Part shown: positions 22,834 through 33,317 of the stretch, in pieces
How positions within the stretch are numbered: position 1 is the stretch's first letter
How the letters are laid out: the number at the start of each line of letters is the position of its first letter
From: TPA_inf: Saccharomyces
Lineage: Eukaryota
NCBI GenBank assembly: GCA_000146045.2
Contig: BK006945.2
Span: forward strand, 736,001-800,000
Direction of reading: 5' to 3'
DNA length: 64,000 nucleotides
Notes under the pieces: generated by a model
The model's database searches: none
The model's input: only the letters and a program-made list of their open reading frames with translations
Told to the model about the DNA's origin: nothing
Position numbers and translations under genes: made by a program

Positions 22834-23458
22834 TTTAGGTCCGACAACTCGACTGTTTTACTAGTCTCTATTATCGTCACTGCGTATTACTCTGCTACTG
22901 TGCTTGTTACTTTATACCGGAACAGTAGCTCCTAAACGATTATTCCAAATGAAGAAAAACGTTTGGCCAGTAACCTGCATAAAACTGAATAACTATAATG
23001 ATACTCCGACTAATAATATATCCCAATGCCCCATCTCATCTGTGTAGATCAATTTTTATGGCTCGATCCAGGTACCTTGATAAGCAGCTGTCGCGCAAAG
23101 GGGTTACCGCAAAATGGATAGATGGACCGGGGGCACACCGGGGTAGGGGGTCCGGAGGGTTAACTGTCAACTCCACCCATACAAGACCGCGCAGAAATCG
23201 TCGCAGGACCCCGCCGAACGGCGAAAGCAAATATGCAGCCGTAAAGACCTAACAATAAACCTAATGTAGTCATAGGGCTAATTGATTTTAAATATATGAC
23301 CTAGCTGACTATTCAAGTTTGCCCTAATTGATGAGTTTTTGAAAAAAAAAACAACTTAGGTTTCGCTATCCAAGCTTATGCTATGGGAAGCGTTGGAAAA
23401 CTTGCATATAGTATGAACAAGAGCGAGATATAAAACTATAACGGTAGATGGAAAGTAA

Positions 23459-24241
<783 letters not shown>

Positions 24242-24354
24242 AGATACAAAAAATATAGTTGATGGTTCACTGGCCAAAAATGTATAAAAGAAAAATTTAT
24301 CTGTAAATAGTGATCGAAATAAAATAAGATAATAACTAAAGAATATATATGACT

Positions 24355-24753
24355 TTACTGTACAGATCTATAATTGAAAAATGACGAGAGGTCCTGTGAA
24401 AGAGTCTGCCTGTTCGCCATCTTCACACATTCAACCAATTCCCTGGTGCGCTTGGTTACTTCCATCAGGATATCTGCTAATTTTTGATAGAATCGTTTCT
24501 TCCCAAGCTTTGTGGAATCGCATCCATAAGTACACAATTCCGATAACTTTTGCGAGCAATCTGTGAGCCTTTCAATAATTTCTTTACAGTGCTCGCCTAA
24601 ATCCAGTTTAAAACTTTTTTGGACCATTGCTTTGGTAGTCATATCAATCACCGATTCCAAAATAGGAATAATCTCGATGGAATTTTGACATAATCTCGAA
24701 ACTGATCTTGCGGACTTGAACAATTTTGATTTAGAGGCTTGAACATCATTCAA
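24355..24753 (-). other. SPH1: Open 132-codon frame directly downstream of the SPH1 stop and overlapping it by 4 nt. It is likely the Spa2-like C-terminal portion of SPH1, separated from the body by a 1-nt frame change.
   Basis: The segment sits one nucleotide off frame from the upstream SPH1 frame. It stays open for about 145 codons in an AT-rich region. It ends 114 bp from the MRPL15 stop, a plausible convergent 3' spacing. Confidence 0.5.
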
Positions 24754-26342
24754 AATGCCCTGCCTGCCATAGGAAGAACAACCATTGATTTACTCTCAAC
24801 AAATTCGACGAGGTTATTTATGTTAGCGTTGTGCGTGGTTGAGTTGACATCAGAATTATTCAAGTTTTCTTCTGAAGTAGATATTCTTAATCCAAGACCA
24901 GAGTTGGGAGCAAATTTCTGCACTTTCTCTCTGAATTTCCTCATTTTGGTCACGGTTGGCGAGTAAAGTACGTCTGCAGCTGGCGGAATATTTGCATACG
25001 GCTTCGCCGTTTCTGCCACTGGTTTAGTGATAACTTTCTTCGGAGGTGATGCCTGATAATCCTGCCGAAATTTACCAATTAGCGGCAATGTGTTACCTTG
25101 AGGACTTGGACTTCTCGAGTTCGAGACAACTTTCAGAGGCAAACCTTCTCGCGGAGATGGCTCACTCGTAATTCTTGAAGAATTCTTAGTGTTTTTTAAC
25201 GGCGACACAGACGCTAAGTTTGTTTCTCCAGATGTATTATTTCGTACCTTCCCACTCTCTCGAATAGAAGATTCAGATTTTTCTATGATGGAAATTGATG
25301 GCGATGCTACAACCACTGGCATGTCCGATTTTTTTGTAATGGGCTTACCAGAGGATGGAAAACTAACAGCAGTACTACCGCTATCACCCAGAGATGATAT
25401 ATCCTTACCGTTTTTCTCATTTTTCACTTTTTCAATAATCTTCAACGGTTTCATACCTGCCTCGATATCACTGAGTTCTCCTTCATTGCGTGATATATCA
25501 TCACGTGAGGTGGATTTGATCTTCACAATCTGAGCAATATTGCAGAACGCAAAAATCACTTCCGAAATAGATGATTGAGCTACAATTCGTGGTATTAGGT
25601 CCCCATATGTGAGAAAATATCTTGTTGAAGTGATAGCATGAGATAAAGCACTCTTTAAGTATACTATTTCGTTTTCTAAAGAACTTTGCAGTGAAACTGA
25701 TGATAGGACAGGTAAGAGATCGCCTATCAACTTTGCTATCTTAATTATAGTCTCAAGCAGAATCGGCAGGCGTGTGGTGGTGGTATCCACAGGATCAATT
25801 CGATGGAGCGTGTTTTGAAAATAAAGTGTAAATTGAGTTTTTAATTCTCGGAAGACTTCAATGGATATAATACCATTCACGCTCATAAAATCATCGTTTA
25901 TTTTGAAGGATTCAAATAATGTGTCATTTAAATAGAAATTTAGATCACCCTCGTCTAACCCATTGTTATGCGTCCCCATATCCAAATGATGTAAGTTTCT
26001 CCTTTCAATTTCCGTGAAAATATCAAGAATCAATTTATGGAACTTCGCGTCCTTCAATCGAGACAGTTTAGATTGTGCTTTACCTCTTTTCAGATCAAGA
26101 TCATTTAGTGATGCATCCGCACCCGAATCTGTCAATCTTTTCATCAATTCATCGTTGACATCAGTCGTCAGTTGCCAAAATTGTACATTCGACAATTTTG
26201 TCAGGTCTTTATTTCTATTTTGGCGGTTTTGGTTCCTTCTTCTATCATCTTCTGGTACAGAGGCCTCTATAATTCTTTTGAAATTCTTATAATCCGATAT
26301 AAGGTCTATGATTTGATCATTCGTTAATTCTGAGCTAATCAT
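24750..26342 (-). CDS. SPH1: Sph1, the Spa2-homologous polarity protein. This is the 530-aa main reading frame; see the finding about the downstream out-of-frame segment at 24355..24753.
   Basis: ATG at 26342. The N-terminal Spa2-homology domain is present (MISSELTNDQIIDLISDYKNFKRIIEASVPEDDRRRNQ...). A second open frame of 132 codons follows immediately. Confidence 0.8.
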   Translation of the reverse strand: MISSELTNDQIIDLISDYKNFKRIIEASVPEDDRRRNQNRQNRNKDLTKLSNVQFWQLTTDVNDELMKRLTDSGADASLNDLDLKRGKAQSKLSRLKDAKFHKLILDIFTEIERRNLHHLDMGTHNNGLDEGDLNFYLNDTLFESFKINDDFMSVNGIISIEVFRELKTQFTLYFQNTLHRIDPVDTTTTRLPILLETIIKIAKLIGDLLPVLSSVSLQSSLENEIVYLKSALSHAITSTRYFLTYGDLIPRIVAQSSISEVIFAFCNIAQIVKIKSTSRDDISRNEGELSDIEAGMKPLKIIEKVKNEKNGKDISSLGDSGSTAVSFPSSGKPITKKSDMPVVVASPSISIIEKSESSIRESGKVRNNTSGETNLASVSPLKNTKNSSRITSEPSPREGLPLKVVSNSRSPSPQGNTLPLIGKFRQDYQASPPKKVITKPVAETAKPYANIPPAADVLYSPTVTKMRKFREKVQKFAPNSGLGLRISTSEENLNNSDVNSTTHNANINNLVEFVESKSMVVLPMAGRAF

Positions 26343-26574
26343 TCTTTTTATTTCGTTATGGCCACATTATGATATTCTTTTACTTTACTGTTTTAATTTT
26401 ATATTCTGCGATTCAAATCATAACAGATATTTAGTTGAATAACTCTGTTTTTCTTCATTTCCATTTTTTTCTATTTACCCTTCTTCTTTTTATTTTACGC
26501 GTCTCGCGTTTTATATATTAATAGTAATAATATTTAATAGTGTATGTTTGAAATTTTTATATGTCTTTATTTCG

Positions 26575-28137
26575 CTAACGTAAAAATCCCTTCTTCTTTG
26601 TAGGGACGGGGGAGTGGTTAACATTGGGAGAAGCACTATTTATTGAAAGTTCTAGCTGTTTTTTCTTGTCCTCCAAAGCTTTTAATTGTTTAGTTAATTT
26701 TTCCTTCATTTCTTTATGTCTAGCAAACAATTCAGTTTCTGATTTTTGTAGTTTTTTCTCCTTTTCGGAAACTTTTTGTTGGAAAACTGTTTTCATTTCA
26801 ATTTCTAGTTTGGCTAGTTTTGCCTCATGTAAAGTTTTTTCTTCTTGTTGTTTAGATATTGGATCGAACTCTTTGAAAACTGAATTATCTTGCTTAATAC
26901 CAAGTTTTGCCAATTTAGAAGACCTGTAGTTTTCGTATAGTATCTTGCTTGTCCTTTCCTTTAATTCCTCCATGAATTGCTTGATCAATAAATTTTTCAA
27001 AAGGTTGAAATCAGAGTGGTTGTCATTGTCCACTTCGATCACCCCCCATGGATAGGAACGGCCTCTCACTTGATTACCACTGTAGTTCTCTACAATATCG
27101 TTGGAACCAATAACAGCATAAGGTAAACTACTAAATAGTCTTTCGGATAAATGGCTATTTTCTGCATCATCGTTGGAATAAATTGGAGGCTTGAACAGCT
27201 CGATATTAGATTGGATTAACTGGTTCATAATGGTCTTCTTGAAACTTAAGATCTCTTCATCAGTTAAGATGTCAGATTTAGCAATGACAGGAATCAAGTT
27301 ACATTTTTCATATACAGATTGCATAAACTTCAGGTCCAGGGGCTTTAAGTAATGTCCTGTAGGTTCAATGAAATAAAGACATGCATGGATTCTTTTATCG
27401 TTTATTGAATGTCTGTTGATTTTGTTCTCCGCATCCAAGTATTGATCAAAACGAGAGTCAATCTCCTTAATGATCGGGTCCCATGATTTTTGATCATTAT
27501 TTAAAAAATCACCAAATCCTTCAGTATCGATCACGTTCAAATTCAGTTTAACACCATTTTCTTCAATAACCGACTCATATGACTTAATTTTGACCTTGTG
27601 CCTTTGTTCTTGTGATTGGTTCTCGTGACCCTCGCCCTGACCCTCCTCTTCTTCCTGATCATTTGCAAGTTCCTCCTCGTAATCTTTCACTAAATTGGCC
27701 TCAATATCATCATTATTAAATAAAGTTTTCATTAAAGTTGTCTTACCAATACCATCAGGGCCGACACATAGGAGATTGAAACTGAATCCGTTCTTTATGG
27801 ACCTTCTGTGCCATTGCTTGGGCAAATTAGCAAACCCTACATAACCATTGATTTGACGACGAATGAACTTAATCTCCGGTTGGTCAGGCAGAACTTGACC
27901 CTTTTCGCTCTGAGAGGAGGTGATGCCCATACCGAGGCCGGGTTCCACCTTTACATCGGATTCAGCTGCCTCAAATCTCTCGCTGTCGTCATTTTGCGTA
28001 CCGTTCGTGTACTGCGAGTCCACTCCATCATGATCCTGCGACTCTTGTTTGATCTGAACATCATTGAATTGATCATGCTGACGCTCTTCTTGTTCCGGGT
28101 CCTGCTTAATGGACACTTGTTCCTCCTTTAAACTCAT
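26575..28137 (-). CDS. CDC3: Septin Cdc3, 520 aa.
   Basis: ATG at 28137. Septin GTPase motifs GIGKTTLMKTLF (G1) and DTEGFGD, followed by a C-terminal coiled coil. Confidence 0.95.
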   Translation of the reverse strand: MSLKEEQVSIKQDPEQEERQHDQFNDVQIKQESQDHDGVDSQYTNGTQNDDSERFEAAESDVKVEPGLGMGITSSQSEKGQVLPDQPEIKFIRRQINGYVGFANLPKQWHRRSIKNGFSFNLLCVGPDGIGKTTLMKTLFNNDDIEANLVKDYEEELANDQEEEEGQGEGHENQSQEQRHKVKIKSYESVIEENGVKLNLNVIDTEGFGDFLNNDQKSWDPIIKEIDSRFDQYLDAENKINRHSINDKRIHACLYFIEPTGHYLKPLDLKFMQSVYEKCNLIPVIAKSDILTDEEILSFKKTIMNQLIQSNIELFKPPIYSNDDAENSHLSERLFSSLPYAVIGSNDIVENYSGNQVRGRSYPWGVIEVDNDNHSDFNLLKNLLIKQFMEELKERTSKILYENYRSSKLAKLGIKQDNSVFKEFDPISKQQEEKTLHEAKLAKLEIEMKTVFQQKVSEKEKKLQKSETELFARHKEMKEKLTKQLKALEDKKKQLELSINSASPNVNHSPVPTKKKGFLR

Positions 28138-28807
28138 GGCAACGTATTATAGGCCGATGTAATCGTTCAGTTGTCGTGTGATCCTGGATTTGATATTTTC
28201 TTGATCTGCTTTCCTCGAGAGATTTTAACTTAATACACAAAACAACACAAAACGCAATTCCTAAAACCGAGACAAAAAATGGCAAAAAATGGGAAGCGAA
28301 AACACGCCCCCACCATATCATTACACACGTAGATCATAAAAGACGAAAATACTAAATTAGCCGCCCAGGTGGTTCCTTTTTACGAAAGGAAGGAAGGAGA
28401 AATCTAGAGGTGCTGCTATATATGTTTGCAAGGTGCGAGAATATTCTGTCACAATTATCAAGCAGCAAGTTATATAAAGTTGTTTCTCACAGCTTCTTGC
28501 ACTCCCTTGCGGTGCCTTTCCTGCACCACTAGTGTAACTGCTGATGTCTTCCATTTGATGTCAGAATCGATTTCTTGTTACGCCACGAACAGTTAATATA
28601 TAGAATTAAAGGAATGATCTTGTACAACTACAAGATAACAATAGATTAACAGCCAATATTACCGTCGCCGCTGCCCGCTTCGCGGAGAAACAGCGAAAAA
28701 CAACGAAGATCGTTCTCGAAAAAGCCCAAAAGCTGGGTATAACGCAACAAAATAATCATAGATTTGACAATTGTGCTCCCAATCTTGCTTTGAAATTACC
28801 ATTATAA

Positions 28808-29269
28808 ATGAACTCTGAACAGCTGCTGCATAACTATGTTTCGGATTCGCTACTCACTACTCTGATAAGTTTTCAAGAGTTCAAGCAGCAACTACAGTCG
28901 TACACGAGCGACGAGCAACAACTGCAACATTGGTACGAATTGCTTCAGGCCAGGGATGCGCGAGTGACCTCTGAGTTAGAAGCACGAATCAAGCAGTTTT
29001 TCATAACGTTGCGCTCTAGATTACTGCGATTTCTGGAAAGCGAGCAACTATCACACTCCCTTAGCCTCGAGACACTGATCGACGCGCTGTACAAGATTAA
29101 TGACCTGTTGCAACAGCGTTTGCAGATTCTGGATGATGCTATTCAGGAAAAGACCTCGGAACTAGCAGAATTTGAAAATATGGTTCGCTCACCGAGTGCA
29201 GGAGACAATGCCATTCCTGGCCTATTACAAATTATACAATCTTATATTAATCTATTAGAGGAAAACTAG
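28808..29269 (+). CDS. NKP2: Kinetochore protein Nkp2, 153 aa.
   Basis: ATG at 28808 and length 153 aa. Its stop codon overlaps the TAD3 stop on the opposite strand. Confidence 0.85.
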   Translation: MNSEQLLHNYVSDSLLTTLISFQEFKQQLQSYTSDEQQLQHWYELLQARDARVTSELEARIKQFFITLRSRLLRFLESEQLSHSLSLETLIDALYKINDLLQQRLQILDDAIQEKTSELAEFENMVRSPSAGDNAIPGLLQIIQSYINLLEEN

Positions 29270-30358
29270 CAGCAGACATCCCGGTCAACCTGCCCCACAG
29301 GATATTCCTCGCCGATCCATTGAAAGGCTTCGTATGTTGAGTTTAGCTGTTTGTTATCGTTCATGCAGTACCCGTCACCACTCGTTAATTTTAAGCTCCC
29401 GGTGCGCTGCATCTCTGTAAGGAAGACCACTCGTCTCACACGAGAATGGATCAGGGCCATGGAGCACATTGAGCACGGCTCATGGGTCAAATAGACGTCG
29501 TAATCAAGACACAGATAAGAGTTTGCGTCTTCGTCTACACCCTCCCTGAGTCTTTCGCCTACCGCACGGATGCCCACCATTACACTGTGGTCGATGGGTA
29601 GCGAGTTTTCGCAGTTTCTGCCATCTTCTGCCACCACTTTGTCCTTCTTTCTTGATGGGTCAACAAAGACGCTCACCATTGGAAACTGTTTTCCTGCCGT
29701 TGCCATCTTCACAGACAACGTCGACGCACGCGATAGCTCATTTCGTACTTCCTGCATGTCTATTTTATAGTCGTTCAATATTTGATCATTGGGGTTGCCG
29801 TTCCAAATCAACGGCCAGTACTTCACAGACCAGGCATTGTTCAGTTCCTTTGTGCTGGGCGCAAACTCAGGCACTTCGATATCATCACTCAGTTCATACT
29901 TTTTCGTTCCAACCCAAATACTCTTCAATTTATTGTTTATTTCACCTTCGTCGCAAATATACTCTTTCGAACACAACACCACTTCCAAGGTGGAGGTCTC
30001 GATGTCCTTGCGGATCCTTTTCAAATGTCTCAATGAAACAGGGTCATTTTTCTGAAAATCGTTTCGAATTAGCCTACTTTACTAGTTAGTTTACTTCCAT
30101 GAATACAAAAGCAAAAATCATATACATACTCTATTACTTTCTTCGAGTCTCTTGGATCTATTCTTATACTCCATACATTGACTGCACTTATATATGTTTG
30201 AAAGTTAGTTAATTGATCCTGATTTCTGTTAGATCTCATAGATACATACTTAGTTTGGGCGTATTTACATCTTTGAAATTTCTAATTTGCAGAAGCCGAT
30301 TTTCTATTATCCCGTTCTGATAATCGATTTTTAGCGGATTATTAACTTTCTTAACCAT
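29266..30358 (-). CDS. TAD3: tRNA-specific adenosine-34 deaminase subunit Tad3, 322 aa. It has two introns: complement(join(29266..30073,30130..30181,30250..30358)).
   Basis: ATG at 30358 (MVKKVNNPLKIDYQNGIIENRLLQIRNFKDVNTPKL). Intron 1 is 30249..30182, with GTATGT, an AACTAAC-like branch point and a GCAG 3' site. Intron 2 is 30129..30074, with GTATGT, AACTAAC and TAG. The spliced sum is 969 nt = 322 aa + stop. The deaminase motif HEPCSMC is in exon 3. Confidence 0.85.
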
Positions 30359-30493
30359 AACTAACACGCCCTCATGAATATTATCCTTCTGAGGTTTGAA
30401 TAATATATACCTTTAGATGAGCTATTGGTGATTCGCATTTAGGAATGAAAAAAAGTAAAGCATGGCAATGAATGACACAAGTGAAATAGAAAA

Positions 30494-30528
30494 GTGAAAA
30501 ATTAAAAAAAAAAAAAAAAAAAAAAAAA
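30494..30528 (+). repeat. Homopolymeric poly(dA:dT) tract (A5TTA26) immediately upstream of EST2.
   Basis: aaaaattaaaaaaaaaaaaaaaaaaaaaaaaa read directly. Such tracts exclude nucleosomes in yeast promoters. Confidence 0.9.
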
Positions 30529-30541
30529 CTGATTTATACTC

Positions 30542-33196
30542 ATGAAAATCTTATTCGAGTTCATTCAAGACAAGCTTGACATTGATCTACAGACCAACAG
30601 TACTTACAAAGAAAATTTAAAATGTGGTCACTTCAATGGCCTCGATGAAATTCTAACTACGTGTTTCGCACTACCAAATTCAAGAAAAATAGCATTACCA
30701 TGCCTTCCTGGTGACTTAAGCCACAAAGCAGTCATTGATCACTGCATCATTTACCTGTTGACGGGCGAATTATACAACAACGTACTAACATTTGGCTATA
30801 AAATAGCTAGAAATGAAGATGTCAACAATAGTCTTTTTTGCCATTCTGCAAATGTTAACGTTACGTTACTGAAAGGCGCTGCTTGGAAAATGTTCCACAG
30901 TTTGGTCGGTACATACGCATTCGTTGATTTATTGATCAATTATACAGTAATTCAATTTAATGGGCAGTTTTTCACTCAAATCGTGGGTAACAGATGTAAC
31001 GAACCTCATCTGCCGCCCAAATGGGCTCAACGATCATCCTCATCATCCGCAACTGCTGCGCAAATCAAACAACTTACAGAACCAGTGACAAATAAACAAT
31101 TCTTACACAAGCTCAATATAAATTCCTCTTCTTTTTTTCCTTATAGCAAGATCCTTCCTTCATCATCATCTATCAAAAAGCTAACTGACTTGAGAGAAGC
31201 TATTTTTCCCACAAATTTGGTTAAAATTCCTCAGAGACTAAAGGTACGAATTAATTTGACGCTGCAAAAGCTATTAAAGAGACATAAGCGTTTGAATTAC
31301 GTTTCTATTTTGAATAGTATTTGCCCACCATTGGAAGGGACCGTATTGGACTTGTCGCATTTGAGTAGGCAATCACCAAAGGAACGAGTCTTGAAATTTA
31401 TCATTGTTATTTTACAGAAGTTATTACCCCAAGAAATGTTTGGCTCAAAGAAAAATAAAGGAAAAATTATCAAGAATCTAAATCTTTTATTAAGTTTACC
31501 CTTAAATGGCTATTTACCATTTGATAGTTTGTTGAAAAAGTTAAGATTAAAGGATTTTCGGTGGTTGTTCATTTCTGATATTTGGTTCACCAAGCACAAT
31601 TTTGAAAACTTGAATCAATTGGCGATTTGTTTCATTTCCTGGCTATTTAGACAACTAATTCCCAAAATTATACAGACTTTTTTTTACTGCACCGAAATAT
31701 CTTCTACAGTGACAATTGTTTACTTTAGACATGATACTTGGAATAAACTTATCACCCCTTTTATCGTAGAATATTTTAAGACGTACTTAGTCGAAAACAA
31801 CGTATGTAGAAACCATAATAGTTACACGTTGTCCAATTTCAATCATAGCAAAATGAGGATTATACCAAAAAAAAGTAATAATGAGTTCAGGATTATTGCC
31901 ATCCCATGCAGAGGGGCAGACGAAGAAGAATTCACAATTTATAAGGAGAATCACAAAAATGCTATCCAGCCCACTCAAAAAATTTTAGAATACCTAAGAA
32001 ACAAAAGGCCGACTAGTTTTACTAAAATATATTCTCCAACGCAAATAGCTGACCGTATCAAAGAATTTAAGCAGAGACTTTTAAAGAAATTTAATAATGT
32101 CTTACCAGAGCTTTATTTCATGAAATTTGATGTCAAATCTTGCTATGATTCCATACCAAGGATGGAATGTATGAGGATACTCAAGGATGCGCTAAAAAAT
32201 GAAAATGGGTTTTTCGTTAGATCTCAATATTTCTTCAATACCAATACAGGTGTATTGAAGTTATTTAATGTTGTTAACGCTAGCAGAGTACCAAAACCTT
32301 ATGAGCTATACATAGATAATGTGAGGACGGTTCATTTATCAAATCAGGATGTTATAAACGTTGTAGAGATGGAAATATTTAAAACAGCTTTGTGGGTTGA
32401 AGATAAGTGCTACATTAGAGAAGATGGTCTTTTTCAGGGCTCTAGTTTATCTGCTCCGATCGTTGATTTGGTGTATGACGATCTTCTGGAGTTTTATAGC
32501 GAGTTTAAAGCCAGTCCTAGCCAGGACACATTAATTTTAAAACTGGCTGACGATTTCCTTATAATATCAACAGACCAACAGCAAGTGATCAATATCAAAA
32601 AGCTTGCCATGGGCGGATTTCAAAAATATAATGCGAAAGCCAATAGAGACAAAATTTTAGCCGTAAGCTCCCAATCAGATGATGATACGGTTATTCAATT
32701 TTGTGCAATGCACATATTTGTTAAAGAATTGGAAGTTTGGAAACATTCAAGCACAATGAATAATTTCCATATCCGTTCGAAATCTAGTAAAGGGATATTT
32801 CGAAGTTTAATAGCGCTGTTTAACACTAGAATCTCTTATAAAACAATTGACACAAATTTAAATTCAACAAACACCGTTCTCATGCAAATTGATCATGTTG
32901 TAAAGAACATTTCGGAATGTTATAAATCTGCTTTTAAGGATCTATCAATTAATGTTACGCAAAATATGCAATTTCATTCGTTCTTACAACGCATCATTGA
33001 AATGACAGTCAGCGGTTGTCCAATTACGAAATGTGATCCTTTAATCGAGTATGAGGTACGATTCACCATATTGAATGGATTTTTGGAAAGCCTATCTTCA
33101 AACACATCAAAATTTAAAGATAATATCATTCTTTTGAGAAAGGAAATTCAACACTTGCAAGCATATATATATATATATATACATATAGTTAATTAG
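30542..33196 (+). CDS. EST2: Telomerase reverse transcriptase Est2, 884 aa.
   Basis: ATG at 30542 and length 884 aa. RT motifs are present (FYCTE..., the LKLADDFLIIS motif C region). A long poly(dA) tract lies just upstream. Confidence 0.95.
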   Translation: MKILFEFIQDKLDIDLQTNSTYKENLKCGHFNGLDEILTTCFALPNSRKIALPCLPGDLSHKAVIDHCIIYLLTGELYNNVLTFGYKIARNEDVNNSLFCHSANVNVTLLKGAAWKMFHSLVGTYAFVDLLINYTVIQFNGQFFTQIVGNRCNEPHLPPKWAQRSSSSSATAAQIKQLTEPVTNKQFLHKLNINSSSFFPYSKILPSSSSIKKLTDLREAIFPTNLVKIPQRLKVRINLTLQKLLKRHKRLNYVSILNSICPPLEGTVLDLSHLSRQSPKERVLKFIIVILQKLLPQEMFGSKKNKGKIIKNLNLLLSLPLNGYLPFDSLLKKLRLKDFRWLFISDIWFTKHNFENLNQLAICFISWLFRQLIPKIIQTFFYCTEISSTVTIVYFRHDTWNKLITPFIVEYFKTYLVENNVCRNHNSYTLSNFNHSKMRIIPKKSNNEFRIIAIPCRGADEEEFTIYKENHKNAIQPTQKILEYLRNKRPTSFTKIYSPTQIADRIKEFKQRLLKKFNNVLPELYFMKFDVKSCYDSIPRMECMRILKDALKNENGFFVRSQYFFNTNTGVLKLFNVVNASRVPKPYELYIDNVRTVHLSNQDVINVVEMEIFKTALWVEDKCYIREDGLFQGSSLSAPIVDLVYDDLLEFYSEFKASPSQDTLILKLADDFLIISTDQQQVINIKKLAMGGFQKYNAKANRDKILAVSSQSDDDTVIQFCAMHIFVKELEVWKHSSTMNNFHIRSKSSKGIFRSLIALFNTRISYKTIDTNLNSTNTVLMQIDHVVKNISECYKSAFKDLSINVTQNMQFHSFLQRIIEMTVSGCPITKCDPLIEYEVRFTILNGFLESLSSNTSKFKDNIILLRKEIQHLQAYIYIYIHIVN

Positions 33197-33317
33197 TACT
33201 AATAATACATGAAATACTGACAGCTTATGATGCTGATAAGGAAAATATTGCCGCAAACTTTGTAATAAGCCAAAAGCACTAATCTCTTTTCCGTTAGCTT
33301 TCATAAAATTAGTGTAT

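Noticed and set aside
29652-30089. 145-aa plus-strand ORF overlapping TAD3 (YLR317W-like)
   Set aside because: It is antisense to the spliced TAD3 exons and has no ATG context. The frame stays open because of TAD3 codon structure.
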